64,000 nucleotides of DNA from Lama guanicoe. Its lineage: Eukaryota. Location: NCBI GenBank assembly GCA_013239625.1, contig MU056134.1, positions 2,926,477 to 2,990,476 of the forward strand, read 5' to 3'. The notes below the pieces were generated by a model, which saw only the letters and a list, made by a program, of their open reading frames with translations, was not told where the DNA came from and did no database searches. Each line of letters opens with the position of its first letter. The first letter of the stretch is position 1. Both the position numbers and the translations under genes were made by a program. Of the stretch, positions 34,576 to 48,199 are shown piece after piece.

Positions 34576-36629
34576 ACAAAGCATGGAAGAATTAATTACA
34601 GCTAAAGAACAATCTAAGCGTACAATTCTAGCAACCTATTACTAAAGGTATAACCTAGAAAAGGAGGGAGGTGAGAGTAGGGGAGGGAAGAATAGAGGCA
34701 TTCCTACCCACAGCTCACACAGCAGGAGTCGAGGTGTGAATGACAAAGTTGATGGAAGAAGAAAGAGGCAAATAGTATATAAAGGTACTAAGTTGATCAG
34801 AGTTAAAAACAGTAACAGTATCAAAAATTAGGAGGCGAGATGGGAAGCCGAGTAGTCCAAGCTTGCCGGCTCCTCACTTTTCAGAATGTGGACTCAAAAT
34901 AAGAGGACCTGAAGTTGATAAATCAAGAAAGTCACGGCAGGAGCCCGCACATGAACTAAGACAAGTGGCCTGTGCGTGATGGGCTGGGTGAGGAGGGGCT
35001 GGACAGGCGAGTGCCACCCTCCAGCATAAACTCTACAGAACAACTGGATTTTTTTTAAGCACATGTATGTATTACTTTGATTTAAATTGAAATACAACAG
35101 ATTGGTAATTGGATGTCGATGTTATGAAATCCCTGGGCTGCTTGGCAGGTTGACATATGGGGACTCGGGACAGGCTATGGTTGGTCTGTTGAATCTGGAT
35201 GTGCTTAAGGGAGAAAGGCTGGAAGCTCAGGGAAGGAAAAGAAAGTAGTAATTAAAATTTTCTGTAGTGGAGCAACATAGGAAAGACTTGTAGTCAAGTC
35301 ATGGATAGTTTGAAAACACCAGCATGAGTTCATAACACTGGTATTCCTGCCCCGGCAGAATGACAAGCTCCCCTTCGGACGTCACAGCACCCACCTAATC
35401 TCCAGGAATCAGAATTTTGACAATGGGAAAAACCTGGACAGCTTTTCAAAGGGAACCAAGGCTTCCCAGAATAAAGGCAGGAGGGGCTGGATCCCTAGGA
35501 AAACAGGAAGGGTCTGGGGCATCGTGCCATTGGCTGGAAGGGTGGCTGCTCTTGAGACAGCTGGGCAGTTCCCTTTGAGCAGGTTTCCGTGGTGACAAGC
35601 TGAGTATGAAAAGCCACAGCTACTGCCTAGGCAGGTAACCTGATAGTGAGCGTCGAGTCCACGTGAGATGCGCTAATCTAACACGTGCGTTTGTCTTCAG
35701 TATTATTTTATGCTAGAAATGCTCTCTGTCCAGTCAAACCAGATTGGGACCCTCCTGCTTTACGGCTGGGTTACCTGCGGCCCTCCTCACGTGGGATGGA
35801 GACTTGGAATTTACACGTTGTGTGTGACTGTGGCCTGGATGTGACCGTGTGTGCTGGTCTGTTCAGTATGAGGAGCGAGTAGGGCAGGAGCAGGTCACAA
35901 GCCGTTTTACACACATGTAACCACACACTGTCAGCCCAGGGAAGATGGCACATCTACTGTCCTACGTGCGCGACGACACCTCCACCTGCCTCTGCAATCT
36001 GGAAAATGGTTGGGATTCTCAACCCAAAAGGGTGCTGTCGATCCCGTCAGCAAAAACTGAAAAAAGATGCATCTGGTCTTGCTAAAAAACTGCTGAGAAG
36101 TATAGTTCGGCTGACTAACAGATGATTAAAATAAAAGGTTCCAGAATGGGAGGCCTCAATGATGCCAGAAAATTCACGGTGAGCAATGAAATAAATTAAA
36201 GACAGGATCAGTCTAAATAACTAATGTAAATATAACTACAAAATGGTAAAAATGTGAAAGAAATGATGCTTAAAAAGTAGATATAAAATAATCAGGTAAC
36301 AATAATAATCTGACCCCAAATTCCAGATTGTCTCTGGAATGAAAAAGAACTGACCGAAACAAACAAAAAAAAGCATTGGGTTCCTCATTCTTCATGACAG
36401 AGTTAACAGACACTGTTTCTGTTGTAATGTAAGCAATTAGACAAATATTGGTTTGAATAATTTAAAAGTTACATATGCATACTACACTTTATTTATCTGT
36501 CTGTCTTTAAGACAACCAGAATTAAAACTAGGGAGAAGGTTTGTCATATTGAAATACTCGATTTTCTGACAGTTTATTTTTCTTTCTCTTCCTTCCTTCT
36601 TACTTTCTTCCGTCCCTCCCTTCCTCCCT

Positions 36630-36776
36630 TTTTTTTTTTAATTGAAGTATAGTTGGTTTACAATGTTGTGTTCATTTCTGGTGTACATCATAGTGATTCA
36701 GTTATACATATATATTCCTCTTCATATTCTTTTTCATTATAGGCTATTACAAGATACTGAATATAGTTCTCTGTGC
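36630..36776 (-). mobile_element. Cetartiodactyl L1 3' end fragment
   Basis: Poly-T followed by aattgaagtatagttggtttacaatgttgtg..atactgaatatagttctctgtgc. Confidence 0.85.
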
Positions 36777-38869
36777 CCCGTCTCACTTTCTTGTTTTAAA
36801 ATTTTTTCCTTGTTCTTGCCTTTTTTTTTCCCCCCTTTGGTAGGAATTAAGTTTAGAGCAGCCATCTTTGCTCATGGCTTGATTTCCCTACTTCAGAAAG
36901 GTGAAGCTTATGAACAACTTCTGCTGAGGGAGTTAGCACATACTAATTCATTCAAACAGCATTTATTCAGTACCTCCTATGTGTTAAGATCGAGCTACCG
37001 AAAGAAAAGAATAAATGTCCTTGCAGATGGGTGGCCCCAGGGCCTAAATACACGAAGGGCTGGGGTCTGGCTGTTTTTCTCTGCCATGTGAGTGTGTTCA
37101 CACTGTCTTTGGGAGCCAGTCTGTCCTGGGAGGGTTTCCCTACATCCATCCCCCAAGCGTCTGGGGTGAAACCTTCAGTAAGCAATTTAGAGTCCACAAA
37201 GGGCTTTGAGCGGCCAGGGCAGCTGAGCAGAGGTCCCTCCTACCCCAGGCAACCATCAGGTTCCGGCTTTCCGCTAATCCCTTGTAAAGTGGTAACTAAT
37301 AATTGAAGTGTTAGGGGAAAGCTAAGTGAGACCCCTCCCAGGAGTATTTGTAATTTAAAGCATAACACTTTAAAACCTCTGTGTGTGTGACTAGGGAGAA
37401 AGCCTCCAGCATCCTCCCAGTCCCCTAGGCCCCCCTTCCAAGAGTGCACAAGCTCATCCGGCCTGGGAGGTGGCCCCGCCCCCTCTTCCTGCCTTCCCAG
37501 CTGCCTTTCAGGCTCCCAAATGGGGCCAGGCCCAAGCCTCACCAGGAGATGGGCTGGAAATTAAACCCTCGCCGCCGCCACAAAGAGAGAGAGCACACAC
37601 CTGCCCCTTCTACTAACCCTGCCCCAGCTCCCCGCGGGCAGCTCCTTGCTCAGCCCAGGACCACGAGCCCTCGCCAGGGCCTGATCAAATTTCCCCTTCA
37701 GTTCAAGAAGGCTTTTGAGCAACCAGGTCAGTCTAGGAGGCAGGCAATCACCCACATAACAGAAAAGAAAAAAATGCAGTGAGAGGAGATATTCTGAGGG
37801 GGCCATCTATTTTCTTGACAGATAATTTAAACACTTTGGCTAGATTATTTCAGAACCAGAGGAAACACTTTGGCTTCCATTAACCCCTGCTGAGGGGTTT
37901 GCTCTGGGGAGGCTTCTGCACAGTTAATGGTGAGGAAGCGATTGCCAGCTTCAGCAAGAGGTGGTACCCAAAAAGGGCTCTGGATGGTTGCAGGGTCGGG
38001 AGAACCGCTGTGGTGGGCGGGCCAGCCTCCAGCGCGGCCCCCATGGATACTCGCCTCCCCAGCCCTCACATCTCCCCCATTCCCTGTGATGTCGAAGGAT
38101 CCCTGCAAATCCCTGAGAACAGAGAGCGCTACTGCCTTCTCCCCTGTCTAGAATGGTCTTGCAAGTTTAACAAATCCACGGAGGGGAATGACGCCTTCAC
38201 GACTCTTCTTAATTACTTGCTTTGTCAACACTGTAGTCCGCCTCCTCTTACTCCTCATTTGCATGCAGCATGAAATCCCTTTGAATCCCAAATATTTAAC
38301 TGTCTTCCCTGTTCCAAAACGTATCTGAGAGAGGGCAAGCATGCCGTGGTGGCGTTTGGCTGCGAAGCCAGCCTCTGCTCCCCAGTCGAGGGGGCCACAT
38401 GCGGGAAATAAACAGGGCCAGAATCAGACAACTGAACAGGCCCGTTATACTCAGCCAGGTCTTTTCAGGGAGCCTCGTGATTTTGATTCAATTCCCAGAA
38501 CAACAAACGTGCCTCTGTTTAAACACAGCCTCAGAAACACATTCCAAAGCCAACGTGTGAAACCGTTTCTGGGCTGACCCCCTACTCGGCAGGGCTTGTG
38601 GGCCTTCCCAGATGTGGTCTGGAATCACGGATGCCTTCCTTGGTTATAGATTTGGTTACTACTTCATTACTAATTGGTCTTGTTCCTTTCTGGGGAAAAT
38701 CTCTAATTCTAAGTTTCCACTGCCTTCTCTGTCTTGCAGATTCATCATTGTTTCCCTTATTGTTTTTAGCCCTTTCGGCTTTTTTTTTCCCCTGGCATTC
38801 TGGGAGATTTTAAAGGTTTTTCTCCATATCACTGATTCAAGCTCTTTTGGGCCTGATTTTTGGTGATCT

Positions 38870-39330
38870 CCTGTTACATTTTTGGTGTGTGCCTGTGAAA
38901 TCTAGCATACATATAAAAGTGTATGAAAACATAGAATGTTTCAAAGAACCACATTCAAGCAAACACCTGTGAACTCATCAAGAAATTAAATATGACCTTC
39001 CTGAAGTAACCACCATCTGGAATCTTGTGTTCAGCAGTCCTTGCCTTTCTTTCTATTTTTAAAAACTGCTTATGTGTGCATTTCTAAATAAAATATTTAC
39101 TGTTACCTGTTTTTGAACAACATATTTTTGAATCATTTTGTATTCCTTAGTGGCTTTTTTCTTCTTTTTTTTCTTTGCTCATTGTGTTTTTTAATTCATC
39201 CTTTGAAATTTATCTAAACCACCACGTTTGGGTGGCTTCCAGGTTTTTGCTATTACAAAAATGCTGCTGCATGCATCCTTGGTCACGTGTCCCAGGAAGC
39301 CTGTATGAGAGCTTCTCCAGGCTGCACAGC
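38870..39330 (-). mobile_element. L1ME-type fragment
   Basis: gtaaccaccatctggaat..ttccaggtttttgctattacaaaaatgctgct. Confidence 0.6.
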
Positions 39331-40914
39331 GGGAGTGGGGTGTGAGGCTGAGCTTTGTGGATAGAAGACACTCATGCTAGTGCCAGGGGCAATGTGGAGA
39401 CAACTAGCCAGGACCCCTACTGAACGGCCCTCTCTGATTTAGCTTGCAAATAGGAAGCATCAGGAGCAGACCCATGACCATGATGACCCTCGGGTCAATG
39501 CAGGATTGGGAGCAGCAGGTAAAGTTCAAGGGTGAAGGGGACAATCAGGTGCTGGGACCCAAAACCAGGTTCAGGGATATGAGCAGTTAGATACTGGTCA
39601 GGGTTAGGCTGGGCTTCAGATGCGTGAGCCCGGGCTGGGATATAACAACTTATACAGTCAGGGCAAAAAGTGGGATGGGGACCCCCAGGGAGTCAGGGAC
39701 CACTACGCTGGCCACTGATGGTGAAACCTCCATTCATCCATCCTGTCTTCCTCCAGCCCGCGGGCCGTCCGGGAACAGGAAAGGCAGAGGGCTGATTCCT
39801 GAAGTCAGTGGCCACCAGCTTGGTAGAAATTAGGAGGATGAAGATGGTCTAGTAGCAAGGGCCTGTCAGACAGCCCAGGTTCTGCACATCCCTGCTCTGC
39901 CACCTTGGACTTGCCACTTAAGGTCCCAGACCTTCCGTCTGGCTGGAAGTATGGGGACACAGGGCCCCACGTCTGGCACAGACAAGAACCCCAACAAAGG
40001 CTGGTTCTCTTCTGTGTCCTTTTTCATCGAGGGATTTTCTGGCACGCAGGAGGCACATATCTCGAGTTATTTCCTTAGGAGAGGGGATGGGTGTGTGTTT
40101 TCTAGGGCTGGGCACCACCTGGGAGCTTAATAAATCCCTCCTGAAGGAGGGAGCCACACTTGTACTCCCCGGTTTCCATCTGTGAGACAGCTGGAGGTGG
40201 GAGGGGTGGGGGGTGGGGGTGGGCCCACTATGCCAGCCAGTGTCATTTGGCATTGGGAAAACGGGCAGAAAAATCTGATTATCCAAACTTTTATTCAAAT
40301 TAATGCAGGAAAACGACCATATTCAGATGCTTTCTCTCTAGCTTTTCGTCTACCTCCCAGGGCCAGGGAAAGGAGGGTATCATAGCAGGGAAAACCATGT
40401 GGTGCCGGCCCAACAGAGGGGGAGAGGGGCGAGTAGGTTGTGGTGTCAGGATGATGTCACAGGGACAGGAAAGCTGGTTCCACCTTGTTATTCTCAAGCT
40501 TGGTCACGTGGACCATGCGGTTTCCAACCCCAAGGACCGCCAAGAACATGGAGGTGGCTGAGTAAGTCGGGATTGGGGGCGCCCAGTGATGTGATGGCCA
40601 AACACTAGGACTTGGGGACAATGTTCCTGGTGTGCTTGGACCAATTCGCCTCCTTCCTCCTCATGGCTAGAGAGTCTCCGGGGACCAACCCTCCCACATC
40701 TGCTTCAAGGGAACCCAGGACCCCACATATAGAAGACAGGGAACCTTGCTGGCTGCATGCTGTTCTGTGAACACATGGGCACTGGGTACAGCCCCGTCCT
40801 GGGCTGCTCCTTCCCCAGAGAGCCACGGGCCTCCCTGCTCCATCTCCTCCAAGTCTCTGCTCGCATATCACCTCCTCAAAGAGCCCCACCCTGGCCAGTT
40901 TCTGCCCCCACCTT

Positions 40915-41630
40915 TTTCTTTCACTGTGGTAAAATATACACAACAAAGCTGATCATTCTAACCATTTTTTGGTGTATAGTCCAGGGGCATTAAATGCATC
41001 TACACTGTTGTGCTACTGTCTTCACCATCCATCTCCAGACCTTTTTCATCTTCCCAAACTGGAACTCTGTGCCTATTAAACAAGAATTCCTCACTCCCCC
41101 CATCCCCAGCCAACCACCCTTTTACTCTCTGTCTCTACGAATTTAACCATTCTACAGCTCTCATATAAATGGCNNNNNNNNNNNNNNNNNNNNNNNNNNN
41201 NNNNNNNNNNNNNNNNNNNNNNNNNNNNNNNNNNNNNNNNNNNNNNNNNNNNNNNNNNNNNNNNNNNNNNNNNNNNNNNNNNNNNNNNNNNNNNNNNNNN
41301 NNNNNATAGACCACATTTTGCTTATCTGTCCATCCAAAGGTAGCTGCGTTGGGTTGCTTCCACCTTTAGGTGAATAATTGTGAACAATGCTGTAATGAAC
41401 ATGGATGTACAGTATCTGTCTGAGTCCCTGCTATCAATTTTCTAGGGTATATGCCCAGAAGTAAAATTGCCAGGTTATTAATTTCTTGAGGAGCCGCCAT
41501 ACTGTTTTCCATAGTGTCTGCCCTATTTTACATTCCCACCGGCGATGCGCAAGGTTCACATTTCTTCACATCCTCGCCAACACTTGCTGTTTCCTGCTTT
41601 TTAAGTATTAGCTACTCTAATGGATATAAC
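40915..41630 (-). mobile_element. L1MB-type 3' end with an N-gap
   Basis: tgtggtaaaatatacacaac..accatccatctccaga..gggttgcttccacc..acatcctcgccaacacttg. Confidence 0.85.
41174..41305. other. Assembly gap (132 N)
   Basis: Run of n. Confidence 1.
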
Positions 41631-41649
41631 ATGATTGCTGGTCTACTTT

Positions 41650-42150
41650 TAACACTGCTACCTCCCTCCCCACCCCGCACCTCATATTCCTGATCTCTTC
41701 GCCCTATTCTATTCTTTCTTCTTCTCATGCAGAATCTAACATACTATATAATTTGCTTATCTATTAGTTAGGTTATGTTTATTGTCTGTTCCTTTTCTCC
41801 TCCCCCAGTCTGTGCTAGAATGTAAACTCAAGGCAGGGATATTTGGCTGATTTGTTCATTGCTGTTTTCCAAGAGCCTGAAACAGTGCCTGGCACATGGT
41901 AAATACTGAATGACTGTTATGCGAATGAATAAAAAGAAAGTAGAGCTGTCAGAAGGAGTTTTGGAGGCAGATATACCTGGCTTCAATCTCTGGCTTCCAT
42001 CTCTGGCTTCATCAATTGCTACCTGATGTCTTTGGGCAAGTGCCTTCCTTTCTCCAAGCCTCAGTTTCCCCACCTGTCACACAAGGACAACATTGAGCCC
42101 AGTGAAGATGAATCGAGATACTAACTGGCTCGTAGTGGGTATCCGGTTAA
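41650..42150. mobile_element. L2 3' end followed by a MIR
   Basis: ctagaatgtaaactcaaggcaggga..aacagtgcctggcacat..gaatgaat, then ttgggcaag..gcctcagtttcccc. Confidence 0.7.
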
Positions 42151-44337
42151 TACCTGCTACTCAGAGCCAGACCGGACTCCCTTGACACCGGTCTTGATGG
42201 ACTGGAGCGCTGCGGTGAGAAAGGCAGTTCCCTCTTGGATCAGGCAGCATCTCAGAGAGGAAAGTTCTTTCCCTAGTGCACGGACACAGGCTCAGGCAGG
42301 CACCCCAAACAAGGGGCAGGGAGTGGGTGGGAGGCCACTCTGCCTCCCCACTGGAGGAAGCAGGTGCTGGTGGGCCCCAGGAACATCCCCCTGCCATTTC
42401 CACATATGTGGGAGGCCAGGAGCCTGCACCGACAGTGACTCCACTTGTCACAGCCATGGCTCGTAGGAGGTGACCAATACACTGAGGAAGTGTGGCCATC
42501 CGGGTCCCCTGGGGCCGCGGCGACAGCAACCTAGAGCGAGCCAGATGCAGATGGCTGGGCGCTCAGGCGGGTGGGCGGCCTGGCACCAGCCACCCACTCC
42601 TGGGCGCACTCACGGGCCTCCAGAGGGGGCACTCCGGCAAAGCTGTTTGCAGCAAAAATCCAAACTGCAAGTAACAGCAGGGCCAGGAGAGAACCAGCGT
42701 GGGGAGGCAGATGGCAGCCTGTGATGAGCACAGGCCGCCTGCCTGGGAGGCAGGTGCCACAAGGATGCTAGGCTCCACAGGCACGGCTGCTTCCTATGGG
42801 TGCTGGCTTGGGGTGAGGGAGCCCCCGATTCTCCTGGCCTCCTACAGGCAGCTTGTGCCAAGGCAGGCTCTCTCCAGGGCCCCTAACTGGGCTACTGGTC
42901 ACCCTCCAGGCTGGGTGGGTTGAGATGATTTAAAAACCACCAGGTGAAGCCACTTTCCTGCTCCACACCTTCCTCTTGCAGTCAATCAACAAGCAGAAGA
43001 GAGGGGCTGGAGGCAGGAGGAGTGGGCACTGTGGGACCCCAGCCAGGGCCAGTCTGTGATAAGACTTTAGGGAAATCAAAAGCCCCCTGCTGGGAAAAGG
43101 TTCGCAAGTGATCTAAACAAGGACCGGCTTTCCTCCCTTGCAAAGGTCTCTTTCAATCAGCAAATGTTTTCTGAGCACCTTTCATATGCAAAGCACTGCA
43201 GGGAACACCGTAAGTGTTGGTGCAGCCCAGCCTCCGCTGAGTTATAATCAGGATGCCGAGTGTAACACGGAAGGTGCAGCGGACGCTGAATGGAGAACCC
43301 TCTAATTGTATTAATCAGCTTCCAATTACTTACAAATTGGCCTTCTCCTCTTTCTAGCTCATCCCCCTCAGAGAATGCCTGCATCCTCCAAGAAGCCTTC
43401 TGACTCCAAACGTACATTTTAGAGGCTGGAGGAGGAATGGTTTCTAAAATCCTGGGGAATCTGGATTCCAGTTAACTTTCGCACTGATTACAGAATAACT
43501 TTGAGTGAGTCACTCTGGGTTTTTTTTTTTTAATGAATCGAGATGAAAGGCTAAACAATAAATGACATGAATTTCCGGCTTGCAACGTCATGTGTTTAGA
43601 AGCCTCTGAGGCAGCCCTCCCCAGGCTCCCACTCACACACCCGGGAAAGCACGTGAGAAAAGGGCATGCAAACATCATCAGCACAGGAGGGATCTGATGG
43701 TCAACGTATGGACAGTCTCTCCTCCCACGACAGTGGGGTGGGATGGGTGATGGGTGAAGAGTGTGTCACCGGTCCACCCGCTGTTGCCTGCCTGGCAGGG
43801 ACCAGGGTGCAGGGTCCAAAGCCCCTGGGTGGCTTTCCTGCGTGGCATGTCTGCGGGTTTCTGATGCCGCACAAGGGGGCCGTCCTTCCTCCTCCAACCC
43901 AGTCTTTATGGATGGATGACAGACTCCCAGAAAATAACAAGGCAGGAGTGGGAAGGAGCTGGCAGCGGTGAGCTGCATCTGGGAAGGTGTATTTTTTTAA
44001 GTAAAGCTCAGTCATGGGAGAGCGGGGAGAGGCAGGAAGGGCCAAACCAGGGGCTGCAGATTTCCAAATCCTGCCTAGTTCTTATGGCCAGAGGGCCAGG
44101 TGGCAGGAGAGTCAAAGTGCCTTGCCCGTGGGGCAAAATTTCGGATAAACCAAAGGGGCTGTGAACAGTGCTCGTGCTGGTAAACCTTGGGCCTGCACAG
44201 CTCACAGCATCAGAAAGGAGATGAAGGCACATGACCACCAAGACCAAACACAGGAAACCACTAAAGTCAGACCGGAAAAAAAAAAAAAAAAGGAATCAGT
44301 GATTTGGAAGAAAAGCTTTAAAATTTTTCACACTGGA

Positions 44338-44753
44338 AGTAAGCCAGAAGAGAAACAAAAATATCATATGATATCACTTATATGTAGAATCTTAAAAAAA
44401 AAAAGAAGACACAAATGAACTTATTTACAAAACAGAAACAGACTCACAGACATAGAAAACAAACTTCTGGTTCCCGGTGGGGAAGGGCACGGGAAGGGAT
44501 AAACTGGGAGTTCGAGATTTGCAGATTCTAACTACTATGTATAAACTAGATAACAAGTTTATACTGTATAGCACAGGGAACTATATTCAATATTTTGTAG
44601 TAACCTATAATGAAAAAGAATATGAAAAGGAATATATGTATGCATATGGATGACTGAAACATTATGCTGTACACCAGAAATTGACATAACACTGTAAACT
44701 GACTATACATCAACTAAAAAAACAAAATTAAAAATTTTTTTTTAAACTAAAAA
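44338..44753 (+). mobile_element. 5'-truncated cetartiodactyl L1 3' end with degenerate TSD
   Basis: atatcatatgatatcacttatatgtagaatc..gaaacagactcacagacatagaaaac..tatagcacagggaactatattcaa. Flanks aaaatttttcacactgga / aagattttttacaatgga match at 15 of 18 positions. Confidence 0.9.
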
Positions 44754-45759
44754 AAGATTTTTTACAATGGAGGGAAAAATGAAGAGCTTGAAAATGACTT
44801 GGTAGAAGATGATGAAGACAGAGAATGGAAATGCATTCTTTTTGTTGTTTTTGTTGTTAGAAAATTTCTTTTTTTTTTTTGGGAAATGCACTCTTCAAAT
44901 TGAAAGTGTCCCCAAGAAGAAACTAGAATAGTTTGAGAACAAAGTAAGAATCAATAACATAATTGAAAAGCTTTCCTGAATCAAAGACCCAAATATGTTT
45001 GTTCTAGACAAAAATCAATGCAAATGACCTGGGTATATCCAGGCAAACATTTTAATTTCCAAATATAGACATAACTACCACCACCAGGTTATTCAAAGGG
45101 GGATAAAAGCACAAGTCTGGCTTCAGACTTCTCCCCCATGTCTCTGCTCCTGCCTTCATTAATTACCTCAGCTAATTATAAGTCAAAAGTAAGGGTCTAT
45201 ATAAGAAGTTCTATAGGAACACTGATGTTTATTTTTCCCTTCTAGGTATCCACTCTGAGGACAGAATCTAAGATGTAGGCAAAGAGCTATGTACACAAAT
45301 CTACAGAGCAATTAGCAATAAGAAGGAAAAAAGGACATGACTCAGACAGCCTAAATTAGCAGAATATCCATGAGACAGAATGTTTACAAAAAGTTATTGA
45401 TTACACTGAGAACTGCTTAAAATATAATGTTAATTTTAAAATACAGGTTCAACAATATAAAGAAAATAAACACAGAAAAAAGACCGTAATTACACCAAAA
45501 TGTTAAGCGTGGTTGTCTCTGGATGGTAAGATTATGGATTTTGGGGCGATGTGTATTTTTTTATGGTTTCTAGACATTATAAATGTCAATGATCCATATT
45601 AACGTATTATAATTGGAAAAGAGTAAAATGTATATAATATTTTTAAAAATGAAAACTTCTAAGGTTAACGACAGTCAAGAACTTAAACATCTGGGGTAAT
45701 ATTAAATAAGAAAGGTGCTACTAAATCTGAGATTTATAGTCTATAATTTAATACCAACC

Positions 45760-46300
45760 CAGCAACCAGAGTATCCTTTAAAAATTGGGAGAGGATTCAG
45801 GTCATGCCTCTCCTCTACTCCAGACCTTCTGAGGACTCCCCATTTCACTCAGAATAAAAGCCAAAGTCCTTACAAGGGTCTACAAGGGCCAACATGAACC
45901 CCTGTCCCCCTGCCATGTCTCCGACTTCTTCTCCTGACCTGACTTTGTTCCAGTCACACTGCTCTCCTTGCTATTCCTCAAACCTACCAAGGACATACCT
46001 GCCTCAGGATCTTTGCACTTGCAGCACCCCCTACTTGGAATGTTTTCTCTCCACACAACCACACAGTGTGTTTCAGACCTCAGCTCAAATGTCATTTTAC
46101 CATGAGCCCTTCCCTGACCCCTGTATAAAACAGCGCTACACCTCCATGTCCCCAAGGCCCTGTCCCCTTTACCCAGAGCACTTTACTTGAATGTGTTTGT
46201 GGTGTCCATCTCCCACTCAAAGAGCTCTTTTGCCTGGCACATAGAAGATGCTTGATAAATTTGCATTGAATGCCTGAATGAACAAATGCATTAGATTGTA
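45760..46300. mobile_element. L2 LINE 3' fragment
   Basis: ctcagaataaaagccaaagtcctta..cctcaggatctttgcacttg..cagctcaaatgtca..gcctggcacatag..gaatgcctgaatgaa. Confidence 0.8.
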
Positions 46301-47963
46301 AACTCCTCAAGAGCAGAGGGGCTGAAGCGGACATCACTGAATCACCGATGCACACAAACTAGGCAGCAATGCCAACCTGACAGCCCCAGGGACATTTAAC
46401 CCGCATTCAACTCACTCTGGAAAAAATACAATTACAGCCAAAGATGATGGCAGTGAAGAGTCAAATTGAAAGGAAGGCAAGAGGGTTTGGGCAGAGTGCT
46501 ATGAGAGTTAGCATCAGAAAATTTAAGTTCTTCCACCAGGATGTGGTTTTTGCTGCAGGACAGAACTCCACGTTTTTATCACAGACTCAGAACCAGCTTA
46601 TATGTGGCACTTAGGATGACATTTTAAATGCTCTCTCTATTTAGCTATCTCTTTGTTGTGATTAGATATTTTTCCATGAAAAAAACCAAAAAGGCATTAG
46701 GAAGCCAATTACCTTGTCACTCTCCCACCCCAAAAAGCAGGCAGGAAAAGGCAGCCCCTGGGTAGGGTACCCAAAGGCACCCAGATTCGTAGACACACGT
46801 TCTTTCAGGGCCCATCCATGCCTCCTAAACGTCCACAGTACACCTGGGTCTGCAGAGAGGGCACAGAGCATCCTTGATCTTGCTCAGTTTTATCGGCCTC
46901 GAGAAATTCAAGGACAGACTGATAGCATAATGCACAGCCTCATATTCTTTGTCTTAGGAAAGATAAGAAAATTCATCCTAAGCTATTTTGGACTTTTCTG
47001 GGTATAGGAGTGCTCTGGAGATTAGGATGGGCTGGTGGCGGACATTGCTTGTGGCGGCTCAGGACTATTAAGAAGCGTGAGGGTAACTCGTGGTGGGGCT
47101 CGACAGGGGCAGCTGCCTCCCAAGCCCTCCACTAAATTATTACATTTGCTAAATTTGTCTTTCCTTTCATCTGCCTTCTTTTCCTTGACAGTTCCTTCAT
47201 CTCTGTGCTCCCACAGCTCAGCCATGATCGTCTTTTCATCCTGCTAAGGTGTCTCCCACAGATCCTGTTTTAAGGAATTTTCCTCTCTCGTGGATTTTTA
47301 CATCTTAAAGGGGACCCTCTGAAGACCAGAAGGACCTCAAATTCAAGGGGGTGGGGAGGATTTTCCGGCTGGGTGAGAGAGAGAGGCCTCTAATATATAA
47401 TGGAGTATCTATTCTATACTGGACATTTTGTACACTTTGTATACTTTAATGACCGTGCTGAAATCTCACAGTATCGCCAAGAAATGGGTACTATCATCTC
47501 TATTTCAGGATGAGAAATCAGAGACCTCCAGGCAAGACAGAATAGAATGTTCATTCACAGTTGGAGGCCCCACCTGCTATCTTCCCTGTTCCAGAGACAC
47601 AGCAGTGATACATGAAAAGGTTCTCACAAGTAAACTCAACTGTGCTCAAAAACAAGATATAGCTCTCAAGGGATCAGAAGGTCCAAATATTTACTATTCT
47701 GACGGGCTGAAGGCACAGCCCGCTAAGCTCAAGGTTCAGAAGCAGGTGGAGGCAGCTGGAAGACTGGTCTTCTAAGGGTATAGGGACTAAAAGTGACCCA
47801 TGGGATGTGGGGGACCAGAGCCAGTGTCCCTGAAGATGGGGGCTGGTGAAGGCATTTCCCATGTGGGAAAGGCAGCTGAAAAAAGGCAGAGATACCACTG
47901 CCCCTTACCCTCCCAAGACTAAAGCATATCTAAGAATGTGAACACTGATGGAAGCTGGGAGAA

Positions 47964-47991
47964 ACACACAAACACACACACACACACACAC
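47964..47991. repeat. Interrupted (CA)n microsatellite
   Basis: acacacaaacacacacacacacacaca. Confidence 0.85.
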
Positions 47992-48199
47992 AGCCAGAGC
48001 CTGGCCAGACTGCCAACGGTTTTGATGATCGGCTCCAGGAGTAAACCCATTATCACTGTGGACACGCAGCTCATCACAAACCCAAGACAGCTGGGCCTGC
48101 AGCGGGGTACCCAGGACCTGGGTGAAGGCAACACGAAATCACTCGGCAAGGAGAGCAGAGGGGAGGTGATGAGCAGGGAGAGAAAGAGAGAGAAACTGA

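Noticed and set aside
35771-35953. Cryptic minus-strand exon ending at CAG|gtaacc (about 35775)
   Set aside because: No clear acceptor and no homology; better explained as regulatory sequence.
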